Assembly (NCBI GenBank): GCA_030601675.1
Contig: JAUWBN010000005.1
Span: 848 to 64,847 of the forward strand
DNA: 64,000 nt
From: Hadesarchaea archaeon
GTDB taxonomy: Archaea > Hadarchaeota > Hadarchaeia > Hadarchaeales > Hadarchaeaceae
Direction: 5' to 3'
Part shown: piece by piece, positions 35,797 through 44,758 of the stretch
Layout: every line of letters starts with the position of its first letter
How positions within the stretch are numbered: the first letter of the stretch is position 1
The notes under the pieces: model-generated
What the model saw: the letters and a program-made list of their open reading frames with translations, nothing else
Database searches by the model: none
What the model was told of the DNA's origin: nothing
Program-made: the position numbers and the translations under genes

Positions 35797-36024
35797 TCAC
35801 CTTACCTCCGGCCCGTTTCCCGAGCTCCGCCGCCGCCCGAATATCGCCATGGATCCATTTGCTAGATGTCCCCACAGCGTGAATCCTGGAGGAACATGAG
35901 AACCGTAGGGCTGAAAGTTGAAGCCAAAAATCACGGATAGCACGCGGTCCAAAATCATGAAGAAAAAATACATCGCGATTATTGCGTATAAGGCGGTTGT
36001 TACTGTTGACCTATCCAACCTCAT
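35797..36024 (-). CDS. Hypothetical small single-TM protein
   Basis: ORF 35797-36084 trimmed to an internal Met to avoid overlap with the upstream gene. TM 'ALYAIIAMYFFFMIL'. Weak support. Confidence 0.3.
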   Translation of the reverse strand: MRLDRSTVTTALYAIIAMYFFFMILDRVLSVIFGFNFQPYGSHVPPGFTLWGHLANGSMAIFGRRRSSGNGPEVR

Positions 36025-36037
36025 GATCCATCCACCA

Positions 36038-37117
36038 TCAACGTCCGCACCATTCCACGACTTTTTCAAAAAGCTCGCTGCCATTGCAAGGCTCGAGCTT
36101 GAACTCGTTCCCCCGCTTTCCGTAACGCTTCGCCACGAGCTCCGGGTCTGCGTGCTCGGGCTCGAAGCGATTGAGCTCCTTTAATTCCAACGGCATCGAA
36201 ATTAGCCCCGTTTTGTAATGCATGCTGTAGGGTGCCCGTACATCGCCCATGGGCTTGATGATCGACGCGTCAAACAGGACCTTGTCGACGCGCTCCTCCT
36301 TCCTAGCCGTCTCGGCCGTCGTCAGCCCCGCCAAGCGTTCCGCCACGCGCGACTCGACGAAGCGCACGATGTCCGCGTAGAAGCTAAAGAGGTTGCGCTC
36401 CCTCCGTTCAGTCCTGAGTTGCTTCGGCCGATAATCTCGGGGGAGTTCGTGGGACTTGAACTGTGCCCACATCTGAAAGCCCCGTGAACCCGAGAATTTT
36501 ATCGCTGGTTCTATATCATAGCTGGAGAGTACCCCGTGCGCCACCTTAACGACCTGCTTTGTTTTTTCCATAGACACCTTTTTGCCGGCGTCGAAATCTA
36601 TGACGAGCCAGTCGGGGGAATCGCTGTTTGGGTGGTGGATGTAGGGGATGAAATCTATGCCGTGAACATCGAGCCACCGCTGCACATCCTTCGCGCTCTT
36701 GATCGTGATGTACTTGGGGCCGAGCTTGCGCTGCAGCCACGCGCGTGCGGTGAAGAGGCGGAAGACCGAAACCCAGCGGTCGCGGCAAAATTCGAGCAGC
36801 GCATCGACCACGTGGGGGTAGTACTGCTTCGCGCGGTAGACCTTGAGGTAATCTTGGTTCAGCTGCCCCCTGACCTCCCGCCACCGCTTGTCGAAGTGCT
36901 TGCGCCCGGCATCGGTAATCGTGTACTCACCGGCCTTGCTCTCGACCAAATCCTTTTTCTCGAGAGCACCTAGGAGCTCTCGCGTTCCCTCCTCTGAGAA
37001 CTTCTCACCCGCATCGCGGCTCAGCTTCTCCTGGATGTGCGGCACGTCCACGAACTTGCCGCGGCGCTTGATGGCGAGCGTCATGAATACGTGGTCTTGG
37101 GGTGTCGCTTTTGACAA
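36038..37117 (-). CDS. Winged-helix domain fused to an archaeo-eukaryotic primase (AEP) superfamily domain (PriS / LigD-Pol-like)
   Basis: AEP motif I 'WLVIDFDAG'. Motif II 'KFSGSRGFQMW' (Gln where His is usual). Motif III 'LFDASIIKPMGDVRAPYSMHYKTGLISMPL'. N-terminal wHTH 'LLGALEKKDLVESKAGEYTITDAG'. Confidence 0.75.
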   Translation of the reverse strand: MSKATPQDHVFMTLAIKRRGKFVDVPHIQEKLSRDAGEKFSEEGTRELLGALEKKDLVESKAGEYTITDAGRKHFDKRWREVRGQLNQDYLKVYRAKQYYPHVVDALLEFCRDRWVSVFRLFTARAWLQRKLGPKYITIKSAKDVQRWLDVHGIDFIPYIHHPNSDSPDWLVIDFDAGKKVSMEKTKQVVKVAHGVLSSYDIEPAIKFSGSRGFQMWAQFKSHELPRDYRPKQLRTERRERNLFSFYADIVRFVESRVAERLAGLTTAETARKEERVDKVLFDASIIKPMGDVRAPYSMHYKTGLISMPLELKELNRFEPEHADPELVAKRYGKRGNEFKLEPCNGSELFEKVVEWCGR

Positions 37118-37135
37118 CCGCTCACCCAGCTTCCC

Positions 37136-37315
37136 CTATGCTCTTATGATCTCCCCAAGCTTTTCGCCCAGCAGCTTCTCCGCGCAGCCCCAGCAGACGA
37201 AGCTTGCCTTCGCCTCACCGGGCTTCACTATTTTGACATATGCGGCGTCGTAGCTCAGCAGCTGGACGGTCTTGCCACAAAGCTTGCACTTCGGTCCCTT
37301 CGCCCGCATAACCAT
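37136..37315 (-). CDS. Zinc-ribbon mini-protein (59 aa)
   Basis: Not in the ORF track. Reads MVMRAKGPKCKLCGKTVQLLSYDAAYVKIVKPGEAKASFVCWGCAEKLLGEKLGEIIRA, with CxxC...CxxC. Ends 18 nt before the AEP gene. Confidence 0.5.
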   Translation of the reverse strand: MVMRAKGPKCKLCGKTVQLLSYDAAYVKIVKPGEAKASFVCWGCAEKLLGEKLGEIIRA

Positions 37316-37362
37316 CGAATTAACTTGGCGCTCAAAATTAATATCCTCTATGCAGATGCTTT

Positions 37363-38034
37363 ATGGATAAAATGCTCCCGATCCTGCGCCCCCCAAAGTT
37401 TGACCTCGACGAGTTGACTCGGCTTCAAAAGCGAGTGGCCAAGCGGGTGGTGCGCGAGGATCGTTTCAAAAAGCTCGAGCGAATCGCCGGGTGCGACATC
37501 TCATTCGCGCGAGGCGGGCTGGCCTACGCCGCGTGCGCGGTGCTCGATTACAAAAGTCTTGAGGTGCTCGAACGAAAAGCCGTCAGGGTCAGGATGAGGT
37601 TCCCATACATCCCGACCTTTCTGGCCTTTCGAGAGCTCGAGGGGATGCTGAAGGCCGTCAAAGGTATGGATGCGGATGTTTACATGGTGGGCGCCCAAGG
37701 GTTAGCCCACCCCCGCCGAGCCGGTCTGGCATGCCACCTTGGGGTAACGCTGAACAAGCCGACGTTGGGGGTAGCTAAGAACAGATTGTGCGGAAGCGCT
37801 GAAGAGCCGAAGCGGAAACGCGGCGCGTACTCGCTACTTAGAGATAATGGGGAAATCATAGGGGCCGTGCTTCGAACGCAGCCCTCCAGCAGGCCGATAT
37901 ACGTGAGCATCGGCCACAGACTTTCACTTAAAACGGCCGTTCGAATCGCGCTTGAAACGACACGGGGATTTCGTCTGCCGGGGCCTTTGCGCGCCGCCCA
38001 CGAGCTTGCCACGCGGGCGATGAAACCTCACTGA
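37363..38034 (+). CDS. nfi: Endonuclease V
   Basis: 'IAGCDISF', 'FPYIPTFLAFRE', 'GAQGLAHPRRAGLACHLGV', 'IYVSIGHR'. Confidence 0.9.
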   Translation: MDKMLPILRPPKFDLDELTRLQKRVAKRVVREDRFKKLERIAGCDISFARGGLAYAACAVLDYKSLEVLERKAVRVRMRFPYIPTFLAFRELEGMLKAVKGMDADVYMVGAQGLAHPRRAGLACHLGVTLNKPTLGVAKNRLCGSAEEPKRKRGAYSLLRDNGEIIGAVLRTQPSSRPIYVSIGHRLSLKTAVRIALETTRGFRLPGPLRAAHELATRAMKPH

Positions 38035-38085
38035 CGTCGCCCTCCACTAGGCTAATTTTTAAGGTCCAACCCCAAATTTTGAACC

Positions 38086-38931
38086 ATGAAATTTGCAACG
38101 ATGATCTGGTACGGGGATAGGCCCTTGCGATCAACATTTGAAATGGCACACAGGCTGGGATTTGACTACATCGAATTTTCCTTGGACTACCCCTGGCCCG
38201 ACGAGCTAACGAAGGAAGAGGTAGGGCTGTTGGAGAAACTCAAGGAGGAGTACGGGCTGGGGATAGCGTTTCACGGTCCTTGGGCGGGAACGGTCATCTC
38301 ACACCCCCGGGACGAGATTTCCGATGCGTGCCTTGAAATCTACGAGAAATGTCTAAGATTTGCGGGCAAATTTAATCCGCTGTATTTTAACTTTCACCAA
38401 TCTGGGTACGCCGCAACTTCTGGCTTCGAAGAAATCAGAAAAAGAATTTTTGATAAAGCGCTGGAGACGACCCGTGCGATAGTAAATCTTGGAAGGGGCA
38501 TTCCAATCACGATTGAGAACAATCCGGGTCGCATCTTTGGGCGCGCAAAGGATATCAAGTTTCTCTTAGAAGGTATCAAAGACCTGAACTTTTGCCTTGA
38601 TGTTGGCCATGCCGTTGTATCCAAATGGGAAATCCAACACGTTAAAGGTGGGTCGGGCGAAAAACTGGAAATAGAGGATTGGCTCAACCTCTTTAAAGAT
38701 CGAATTCTGACCGTTCATCTTCACGATTGTTTATTTGAAGGCGACTCGAAACCGAGGGATCACTTTGTCATCGGGAAGGGAAACTTGGATTTTGAAAATA
38801 TTACCAAGGCAATCAAAAAAACAAGTTGCAGGCATGTCCTCTTGGAAACTTACTACACGAAAAAGGGAATCTACCCATCTGAAGAGGATCTCAAAAATAA
38901 CTTAGAATTTTGCAGAGGTTTGATAAAATGA
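38086..38931 (+). CDS. Xylose-isomerase-like TIM-barrel protein (sugar phosphate isomerase/epimerase family)
   Basis: 'GFDYIEFSLDYP', 'ITIENNPG', 'CLDVGHA', 'VHLHD'. AT-rich. Confidence 0.75.
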   Translation: MKFATMIWYGDRPLRSTFEMAHRLGFDYIEFSLDYPWPDELTKEEVGLLEKLKEEYGLGIAFHGPWAGTVISHPRDEISDACLEIYEKCLRFAGKFNPLYFNFHQSGYAATSGFEEIRKRIFDKALETTRAIVNLGRGIPITIENNPGRIFGRAKDIKFLLEGIKDLNFCLDVGHAVVSKWEIQHVKGGSGEKLEIEDWLNLFKDRILTVHLHDCLFEGDSKPRDHFVIGKGNLDFENITKAIKKTSCRHVLLETYYTKKGIYPSEEDLKNNLEFCRGLIK

Positions 38932-39722
38932 AAAGTATACACCATCATTTTTCGAGAATTGCGCGTAAGTATAGAATTTTAAGAACAACTGATTTAGAAC
39001 CGATTCTGTGTATCAAAAAGGAATTACAAAAATTGCCAAAGATTAAAGCAGCAGATGTTGGTTGCGGTGGCGGAAGATATGCTGTAAAATTGTTTCAATG
39101 TCTAGGTGACAGACTTTATCTCCATTGCATCGATGATAATTCCAAAATGTTAAAGCAATTGGACGGGTATTTGGCTCAACATGAAATCAAGAATTTTCAG
39201 ATAAGAGAAGCCTCTGCAGAAGATCTGCCCATAGAAGATGATTCCCTTGATTGTATATTCACTTTTAATGCCGTCCATCATTTCAAACTTTTGGGATTTT
39301 TAGAAGAAGCATCCCGAGTTCTTAAAAATAATGGTTACTTGTTTGTTTACACTCGGTCAAGAAGTCAGAACAGCGAAAATATTTGGGGAAAATATTTTCC
39401 TTTGTTTAACCAAAAAGAGACACGACTTTATGAATTGAATGAATTAAAAGAGATATTGAGAAAAATTTCAAAATTAAAAATACAATCCGTAGAATATTTT
39501 AAATACAAAAGAGTCTCGAGTCTGGACTGGCTTGTCGAGCAGGCACAGAATCATCACTATTCTACATTCAACTTATATACTGAGGAAGAATTTGCGCGAT
39601 CGCTTGATAAATTTAAACAAAATCTTCAGCTACATTTCAAAGATTTAAAAAATATAAAGTGGTTTGATGAAAATATTTTACTAGTTGTAAGAAAACAGAA
39701 GAGAGGGAAAAGAAGAATGTGA
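38928..39722 (+). CDS. Class I SAM-dependent methyltransferase
   Basis: Motif I 'AADVGCGGGRYAV', post-I 'HCIDDN', 'LDCIFTFNAVHHF'. The ATG at 38928 overlaps the upstream stop (ATGA). Very AT-rich (12/60 G+C at line 39421). Confidence 0.8.
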   Translation: MKSIHHHFSRIARKYRILRTTDLEPILCIKKELQKLPKIKAADVGCGGGRYAVKLFQCLGDRLYLHCIDDNSKMLKQLDGYLAQHEIKNFQIREASAEDLPIEDDSLDCIFTFNAVHHFKLLGFLEEASRVLKNNGYLFVYTRSRSQNSENIWGKYFPLFNQKETRLYELNELKEILRKISKLKIQSVEYFKYKRVSSLDWLVEQAQNHHYSTFNLYTEEEFARSLDKFKQNLQLHFKDLKNIKWFDENILLVVRKQKRGKRRM

Positions 39723-39845
39723 GGATTAAACTCGATGTCTTGAAGTCAATGAAACACGGTGGGTGGATGATTGCAGAGCGCTGGGGGCCCAAGAACTCCC
39801 TCGAACTGGGAGGAGGGCCCGGAAAACACCAGGAAGCTTGGGGGG

Positions 39846-41429
39846 CTATCTGATTTCCGCGATGACTGTGGTGAAAACCGGTCCCCGGACGTCGATGCGT
39901 TTCTTGTTGTCCGTGATGTAGCGCTGTGCGGCCTTATCGAGGACGAGGTTGATATCGCTCAGTAACTTCACCGCCCGCACGCGGACTTTCACCTTTCGTC
40001 CGCTCCTTCGTGCCGCTCGCTCGATTTCGTGCGCCGCCAGGGCCGCGAACGCATCCATGTATCGGATGCCCGTCGAGATCCCCCACTCACGGACGGTGTT
40101 CAGGAACCTGTCCATCTCCCAGCCCTTGGGCGGCACGCCGATGAAGTTGCCATCGTATACGAAGATCGTGTTGAATCCAGCTGGCCCGATGAGTTTGGTG
40201 CCGCGCTCGGGCTCCACCACGCTGACGCTCACGCGCCTGCCCGACAGCCTGCCTTCGAATGCCTTGAACTCGCATGGGCTCGGCTCCTCCGCGTGCTGCT
40301 CGGCCACGCGCGCGATTGCAGCAGCGATCTCTCGCCCCGCCCCGCCCTCGGGCGTGCGCTTGAGCTTGATCATTTTAGCCAGTTGCGCGTCCGAGAACTC
40401 GGCTGGTTTATAGAGGTAAGGGTAGACGAGCGCGCGTATGTCCGCCTCACCCGTCTCAATCATCAGCACGCGCTCGAGCCCTATGCCGAGGTTGAAGACG
40501 GGGTAAGCGATATTGTAGTTGCTCAGCGCCACCGGGCTGTAGAAGCCTGCATCGCCCACCTCAAGGTACTCACCCGTGCGTGGATGCTTGACGAAAACCT
40601 CGAACTCGGTCTGAGGCGCGTAATATTTCGAGGTCGCCTTTTTGCGGGTAAGCTTCACATCCTCGAACCCTAGCTTGGCGAGCACCTCCCGCGTCAATCG
40701 CTCTCCATCCTCCACGCTTATCCGCTCCGCCATCACCACAATCGAGGCCGTCCAAGACTCGTAGAGGTGGCTCTCGTCCAAACGCTGTTCGCGCCTGAAC
40801 TTTGGGCCAATCGAGAAGAGCTGGAGGGGCAGGGGCTCGCGGCGTTGGAGCTCGCGGAGCACCCCAAACCAGCCCGCGGTCGTGTGTGACCGAAGCGTGA
40901 GGTCCATGGGCACTGGCTTCAGCTCCTTGAACTCGGAGAAGAGCGAGAGAATCCCCGTTGCCTGTTCTTCCTTCAGGCCAAGCTCGCGCATCATGACTTC
41001 TACCAAATCGTCTGCCACTATCTTGCCCTGCTTGTACCGCCTGAAAATCGCCTGGAGTTTCTTGATATTTTTGAACTTGGGCGCCAATTTTTTGATTTGC
41101 TGGATTTTTTTGTGGCTGATGCCTATGTCAGGGCGCTCCAACCCCGCTAGGAAAAAGATCCTATCCAAGATTACGGGCGCTTCCACCCCGTATTGGGAAT
41201 ATACCTCCTTCTTGTCCACGAGCATCGGTACAACGACCTCGGTGAACCCCAGCCTCAGCAGAACATGCCTCACCCTCTCGAACAGGTCAAAAAGTGGGTG
41301 GGGTTTGCTCTTGGGCCTGAGCGAGAAGAGTTCCCCTTTTTTCTCGATGAGTTTTGCGCCCTCCAGCCAGGCCCGCTCGTAATCCTTCTTCGCGCTCGCC
41401 CTCAGCTTCCGGATGTCGAGCTTCGTCAT
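39846..41429 (-). CDS. sepS: O-phosphoseryl-tRNA(Cys) synthetase (SepRS)
   Basis: 527 aa. 'LRSHTTAGWF', 'LPLQLFSIGPKFRREQ', 'KYYAPQTEFEVF', 'FYSPVALSNYNI..PVFNLGIGLERV', 'GIRYMD', 'IDVRGPVF' parallel Methanocaldococcus SepRS as remembered. Confidence 0.88.
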   Translation of the reverse strand: MTKLDIRKLRASAKKDYERAWLEGAKLIEKKGELFSLRPKSKPHPLFDLFERVRHVLLRLGFTEVVVPMLVDKKEVYSQYGVEAPVILDRIFFLAGLERPDIGISHKKIQQIKKLAPKFKNIKKLQAIFRRYKQGKIVADDLVEVMMRELGLKEEQATGILSLFSEFKELKPVPMDLTLRSHTTAGWFGVLRELQRREPLPLQLFSIGPKFRREQRLDESHLYESWTASIVVMAERISVEDGERLTREVLAKLGFEDVKLTRKKATSKYYAPQTEFEVFVKHPRTGEYLEVGDAGFYSPVALSNYNIAYPVFNLGIGLERVLMIETGEADIRALVYPYLYKPAEFSDAQLAKMIKLKRTPEGGAGREIAAAIARVAEQHAEEPSPCEFKAFEGRLSGRRVSVSVVEPERGTKLIGPAGFNTIFVYDGNFIGVPPKGWEMDRFLNTVREWGISTGIRYMDAFAALAAHEIERAARRSGRKVKVRVRAVKLLSDINLVLDKAAQRYITDNKKRIDVRGPVFTTVIAEIR

Positions 41430-42061
41430 TTGCCGCTCCCCCGCTCGGCCCGCTCAAGGGCACGCTCAAGCTTTCGCTGCCTGATGGCAATCGTGAGGTC
41501 ATCCCGCGTGCGCTCGAGCACTCGCCGGACCATATCCTGCCTCCGCTTCATCCCGGGCAAAATAGCATCCGGGTAGTCGAACTCCATAAGCAGCTCAAAG
41601 ATTTCCTCCATGAGCTTGAGCACCTGCTCCGCCCGCTCTACATCGTCTGCCCTTATCGAGTCAAGCGTGTGCCGTCGGAGCTCGCCCGCGGCATCGGCGA
41701 GGGCAGCGAGGTAGGGTTTGTAGGGGACGCTAAGCTCTTCAGGGGTCAAAAGTTTTCCATCCCGGATCAGCGCCTGAACTAGCTTGGCCTCACCGTATTC
41801 CTGGTAAGCCGCAAGGATAATGCCGGAATCCGCTAGGTGAGGCTCGGCCTTCACAGCCTCCGTGAGGGTTGCAAGTGCGTCGCGAGCCTTCGTTAAGAGC
41901 TCGTCGGCACTCGATCGGTCACCCCGATGAGTCGCGGCTATGGCCCGGGCTGAGGCCCTGATGACCTCTCGCGAGGCGTCGAGCACCCGCTCCCGGAGCT
42001 CCGCTTGGGCGTCGAAATGCTTGCGCATTTGTTCGAGCATTTCCTTCAAATTTATCCCCAT
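41426..42061 (-). CDS. Translin-family protein
   Basis: 211 aa, all-helical. 'YKPYLAALADAAGELRRHTLDSIRADD' matches the translin 'YL.GL.DL.GEL.R' core. Its stop overlaps the sepS start (ATGA). Confidence 0.7.
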   Translation of the reverse strand: MGINLKEMLEQMRKHFDAQAELRERVLDASREVIRASARAIAATHRGDRSSADELLTKARDALATLTEAVKAEPHLADSGIILAAYQEYGEAKLVQALIRDGKLLTPEELSVPYKPYLAALADAAGELRRHTLDSIRADDVERAEQVLKLMEEIFELLMEFDYPDAILPGMKRRQDMVRRVLERTRDDLTIAIRQRKLERALERAERGSGK

Positions 42062-42218
42062 CTATCTAAGGTAACCAACCTATTCAAGGCTTTGCAAAAC
42101 TGAAACGATTAACCCTCCAAATTGAACCTCTAATATCCCTTAGAGACGGCAAATTGCAACAAATTAAACGCCAAATGCAGAAAGCTAAGCGCCCGGGGTG
42201 AAGGGGTCGGACGCCACT

Positions 42219-43160
42219 CTATTTTTTCTTCTTTAACAAGACCACGCGGCTCGGCTCGGACTCGTCGACCAGCTCGTAGCCCGTCTCCCGCGCCAGCTCC
42301 CCGGCGAACTCCCTGATCTCGCCGTGCAGGGGCATGTTCTCCATAGCTAGCCTTTTGCGCGAGTACCCCACCCACATGTAACTTTTCACCTCTACAAAGT
42401 CTGGCGCGGCCTTCTCGATGAGCTCCGCGTATCCGGGTGCATCCTTGAGGTTGAGCCCTTTGACCAGCGTCAGACGGATCACCTTACGGCATGTGAACGA
42501 GGGCATAAGCTCGAGGCTCCGGTTCAACTGCCCCCAGCCGTCGGGGGCCGTTGGTTGGCAGACCGCCTCGTAGGTTTTAGAATCGGGGGCGACGACCGAG
42601 ATGTAGAGCTGTGTGGGCTCAGCGATGTGCTCCAAGACTTCTGGGTGCATACCATTTGTAACCAAAAAACTCGTCATCCCTCGCTTACCGCACTCCTCAA
42701 TTAATTCATTTATTTTGGGGTAGAGGGTCGGTTCGCCCGCGAGCGAGATCGCGCAGTGCTTCGGCTCCTGAGCCTCCTTGAACTTCTTTCCGTCGACCTC
42801 GGGGTTGCCGCCGAACCCGCTGAGCAGCTTTCTCTGCGCTGAAATTGCTCCGTCCAAAATATCTGCCGGCTCATCAACCTCGCCAGCCCAGCTCGCACTA
42901 GTCACGTCGATGTTCCGCCAGCAGTAAACGCAACGGTTGTCGCAGAAAGGCAAACTGGGTGTGAGCTGGAGGCAGCGATGACTTCGCATGCTTAGCTCCC
43001 GTCCATAGAACTGCTCTTTGTAGCAAACCCCACGGTTGAGGAGGCTCTTTCGCGTCCAGTGGCAGACCTTGACCGCGCTGTGTCTGCGTTCGCCGACGAA
43101 TCGGTAGCCCGCACGCTCTAGCTCCGATAGCTCGCGAGCAGAAATCGCCACCCTGATCAT
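42219..43160 (-). CDS. taw1: tRNA 4-demethylwyosine synthase Taw1 (radical SAM, TYW1 homologue)
   Basis: 'HSAVKVCHWTRKSL', 'CYKEQFYG', 'CDNRCVYCWR', 313 aa. Confidence 0.88.
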   Translation of the reverse strand: MIRVAISARELSELERAGYRFVGERRHSAVKVCHWTRKSLLNRGVCYKEQFYGRELSMRSHRCLQLTPSLPFCDNRCVYCWRNIDVTSASWAGEVDEPADILDGAISAQRKLLSGFGGNPEVDGKKFKEAQEPKHCAISLAGEPTLYPKINELIEECGKRGMTSFLVTNGMHPEVLEHIAEPTQLYISVVAPDSKTYEAVCQPTAPDGWGQLNRSLELMPSFTCRKVIRLTLVKGLNLKDAPGYAELIEKAAPDFVEVKSYMWVGYSRKRLAMENMPLHGEIREFAGELARETGYELVDESEPSRVVLLKKKK

Positions 43161-44140
43161 TCCTTCGGTTTCAACTTCAGCTGAAGGGCCTTGAACAGAT
43201 ATTTTTTGGCTTCCTCTAGCTTCCCCTTGCCGTTCATGCTCGCAGCACCCGCGTGTCCCCCTCCGTTACCCCCGAATTGTTTCCCGAGCTCCTCCATGAG
43301 CTCACCCAAATGAAGCCCCGTCATCTTCAAAATCTCTTGACGTGCACGCCCGGAAAGCCTTATCCTGCCCTTCTCCTCCGAACCAACGACCGCCACGTCT
43401 GCCCCGATTCGCACCAACATCGACGCCGCGTCGCCCTCGAAGGACCCCAGCTCGGAGAGGACGACCAATCGCCCGTGAACCCGACGCAGCTCCACCCGCT
43501 GCGCGGCCTTCAGCATGGCGACCCGCTTCGGGAGATCCACGGGCAGCCTCAGCGCCTCCAGTACGCGCCCGTAGTCGACACCCACCTTTATGAGGAAATT
43601 GACCGCCTCGAAGGTTTGATCCTTCGCGAACCTGAAGTGAGCGGTGTCGCTTATGATGCCGGCAAGCAACAGGGATGCTCCCTCGGGGGTCAGCTCTGCG
43701 CCCAGCTCCCGAACGAGCTGCAGGATGAGTTCTGACTCGGATGCAAACTCCTCTCGGACGAAATAAAAGCTCGCCAGTTGTTTCATCGCCTCGACCGGAC
43801 GGTGGTGGTCTATCACTACAAATTTCGGCGCCTTTTGCTTGAGTTGCTCCCCAAGCTTGCCGAGGTGCTCCAAACTTGAGGTGTCGACCAGCACAACGAG
43901 GTCTGCGTCCAGCGGGGGGTTTATCACGATCTCTCGTCCGAACGCCCTCAGAACGTTTTGGGAGATGAGGCTAATGTCCTCAGAAACCCCAGCTTGGGCC
44001 CGCGCGCCCGAGCGATTGAGGACCTCGACGAGCACGATCGCGCTGGCGACGGCATCGGGGTCGGCATTATGGTGACATAGCACTAGGATTTGCTGCCCGC
44101 GCTTGGCAGCCTCCGCCAAAAAATTAGCCAGCTCCTTCAT
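43157..44140 (-). CDS. DHH/DHHA1 family phosphoesterase (NrnA-like)
   Basis: 'LCHHNADPDAVAS', 'VVIDHHRP', 'GGGHAGAAS'. Confidence 0.8.
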   Translation of the reverse strand: MKELANFLAEAAKRGQQILVLCHHNADPDAVASAIVLVEVLNRSGARAQAGVSEDISLISQNVLRAFGREIVINPPLDADLVVLVDTSSLEHLGKLGEQLKQKAPKFVVIDHHRPVEAMKQLASFYFVREEFASESELILQLVRELGAELTPEGASLLLAGIISDTAHFRFAKDQTFEAVNFLIKVGVDYGRVLEALRLPVDLPKRVAMLKAAQRVELRRVHGRLVVLSELGSFEGDAASMLVRIGADVAVVGSEEKGRIRLSGRARQEILKMTGLHLGELMEELGKQFGGNGGGHAGAASMNGKGKLEEAKKYLFKALQLKLKPKE

Positions 44141-44154
44141 GATTTCAGCTCGAG

Positions 44155-44520
44155 CTAAGCCGCCTCTTCGCCAAGCTGCTTGCCCTTGAGGGCCCCCTCT
44201 AGCTTCTCGCGCATCTCACTGAGGCGCTGGACGACGCGTTCCTCCTGCCGCTCGAGCGTTTTAATCCGAATGTCGAGGGTCTCCTTCTGCTCACCCAGGC
44301 TCTTTTTAAGCTCCTCCCGCTCCGACTTGACCAAGATGGTCCCCACGCTCTTGTAAACCGTGGCGCCCTCCTTGAGTTTCCCGAGCTCCTCGAGAGCCCG
44401 CTCGGTCTCCCGCATAAGCAGCTCGAGCTGCTGTCGCTGCGTCATCAACACCTGGGCCTGCTGCTGGGCCTGCTGGAACTGCGCGAGCTGATGGCGCAGC
44501 TGAGGCGATGGCTTCTCCAT
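44155..44520 (-). CDS. pfdB: Prefoldin beta subunit
   Basis: 121-aa coiled-coil with 'VYKSVGTILVKSE' beta-hairpin. Conserved neighbourhood. Confidence 0.85.
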   Translation of the reverse strand: MEKPSPQLRHQLAQFQQAQQQAQVLMTQRQQLELLMRETERALEELGKLKEGATVYKSVGTILVKSEREELKKSLGEQKETLDIRIKTLERQEERVVQRLSEMREKLEGALKGKQLGEEAA

Positions 44521-44754
44521 TTATTTTCCCCTCGATTCGATCATATCGCGCGCGACGATCGCCCATCGGAGGAACGAATTCAGCGCCGCGCGCAAAGCTG
44601 CTGTATCTTCTGCATCTATCCGCAGGCATAAAACGTTTTTCTTTCGCGTGACGTTCGTCCTACACCGCGTCGAGGCCGGCAACGCTTCCTCGGGCTTGAG
44701 CGCCCGCTGTACTGCTTCCGCCTCGCGCGCGCTTCGAAAGGTGAACTCGACCAT
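44521..44754 (-). CDS. pcc1: KEOPS complex subunit Pcc1
   Basis: 'VEFTFRSAREAEAVQRALKPE...LRIDAEDTAALRAALNSFLRW'. The ATG at 44754 lies 4 nt after the Brix stop (alternative start 44781). Confidence 0.8.
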   Translation of the reverse strand: MVEFTFRSAREAEAVQRALKPEEALPASTRCRTNVTRKKNVLCLRIDAEDTAALRAALNSFLRWAIVARDMIESRGK

Positions 44755-44758
44755 TGCG

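Noticed and set aside
40029-40673. 214-aa plus-strand ORF (and 39949-40413) inside sepS
   Set aside because: It lies antisense to the SepRS gene, whose homology is clear along its whole length.
42062-42218. 157-nt spacer between taw1 and the translin gene as a candidate structured RNA
   Set aside because: It contains T-rich terminator-like runs after taw1 and an AT-rich TATA-like element before the translin gene. No convincing extended helices were found by eye. It is best explained as a terminator plus promoter.
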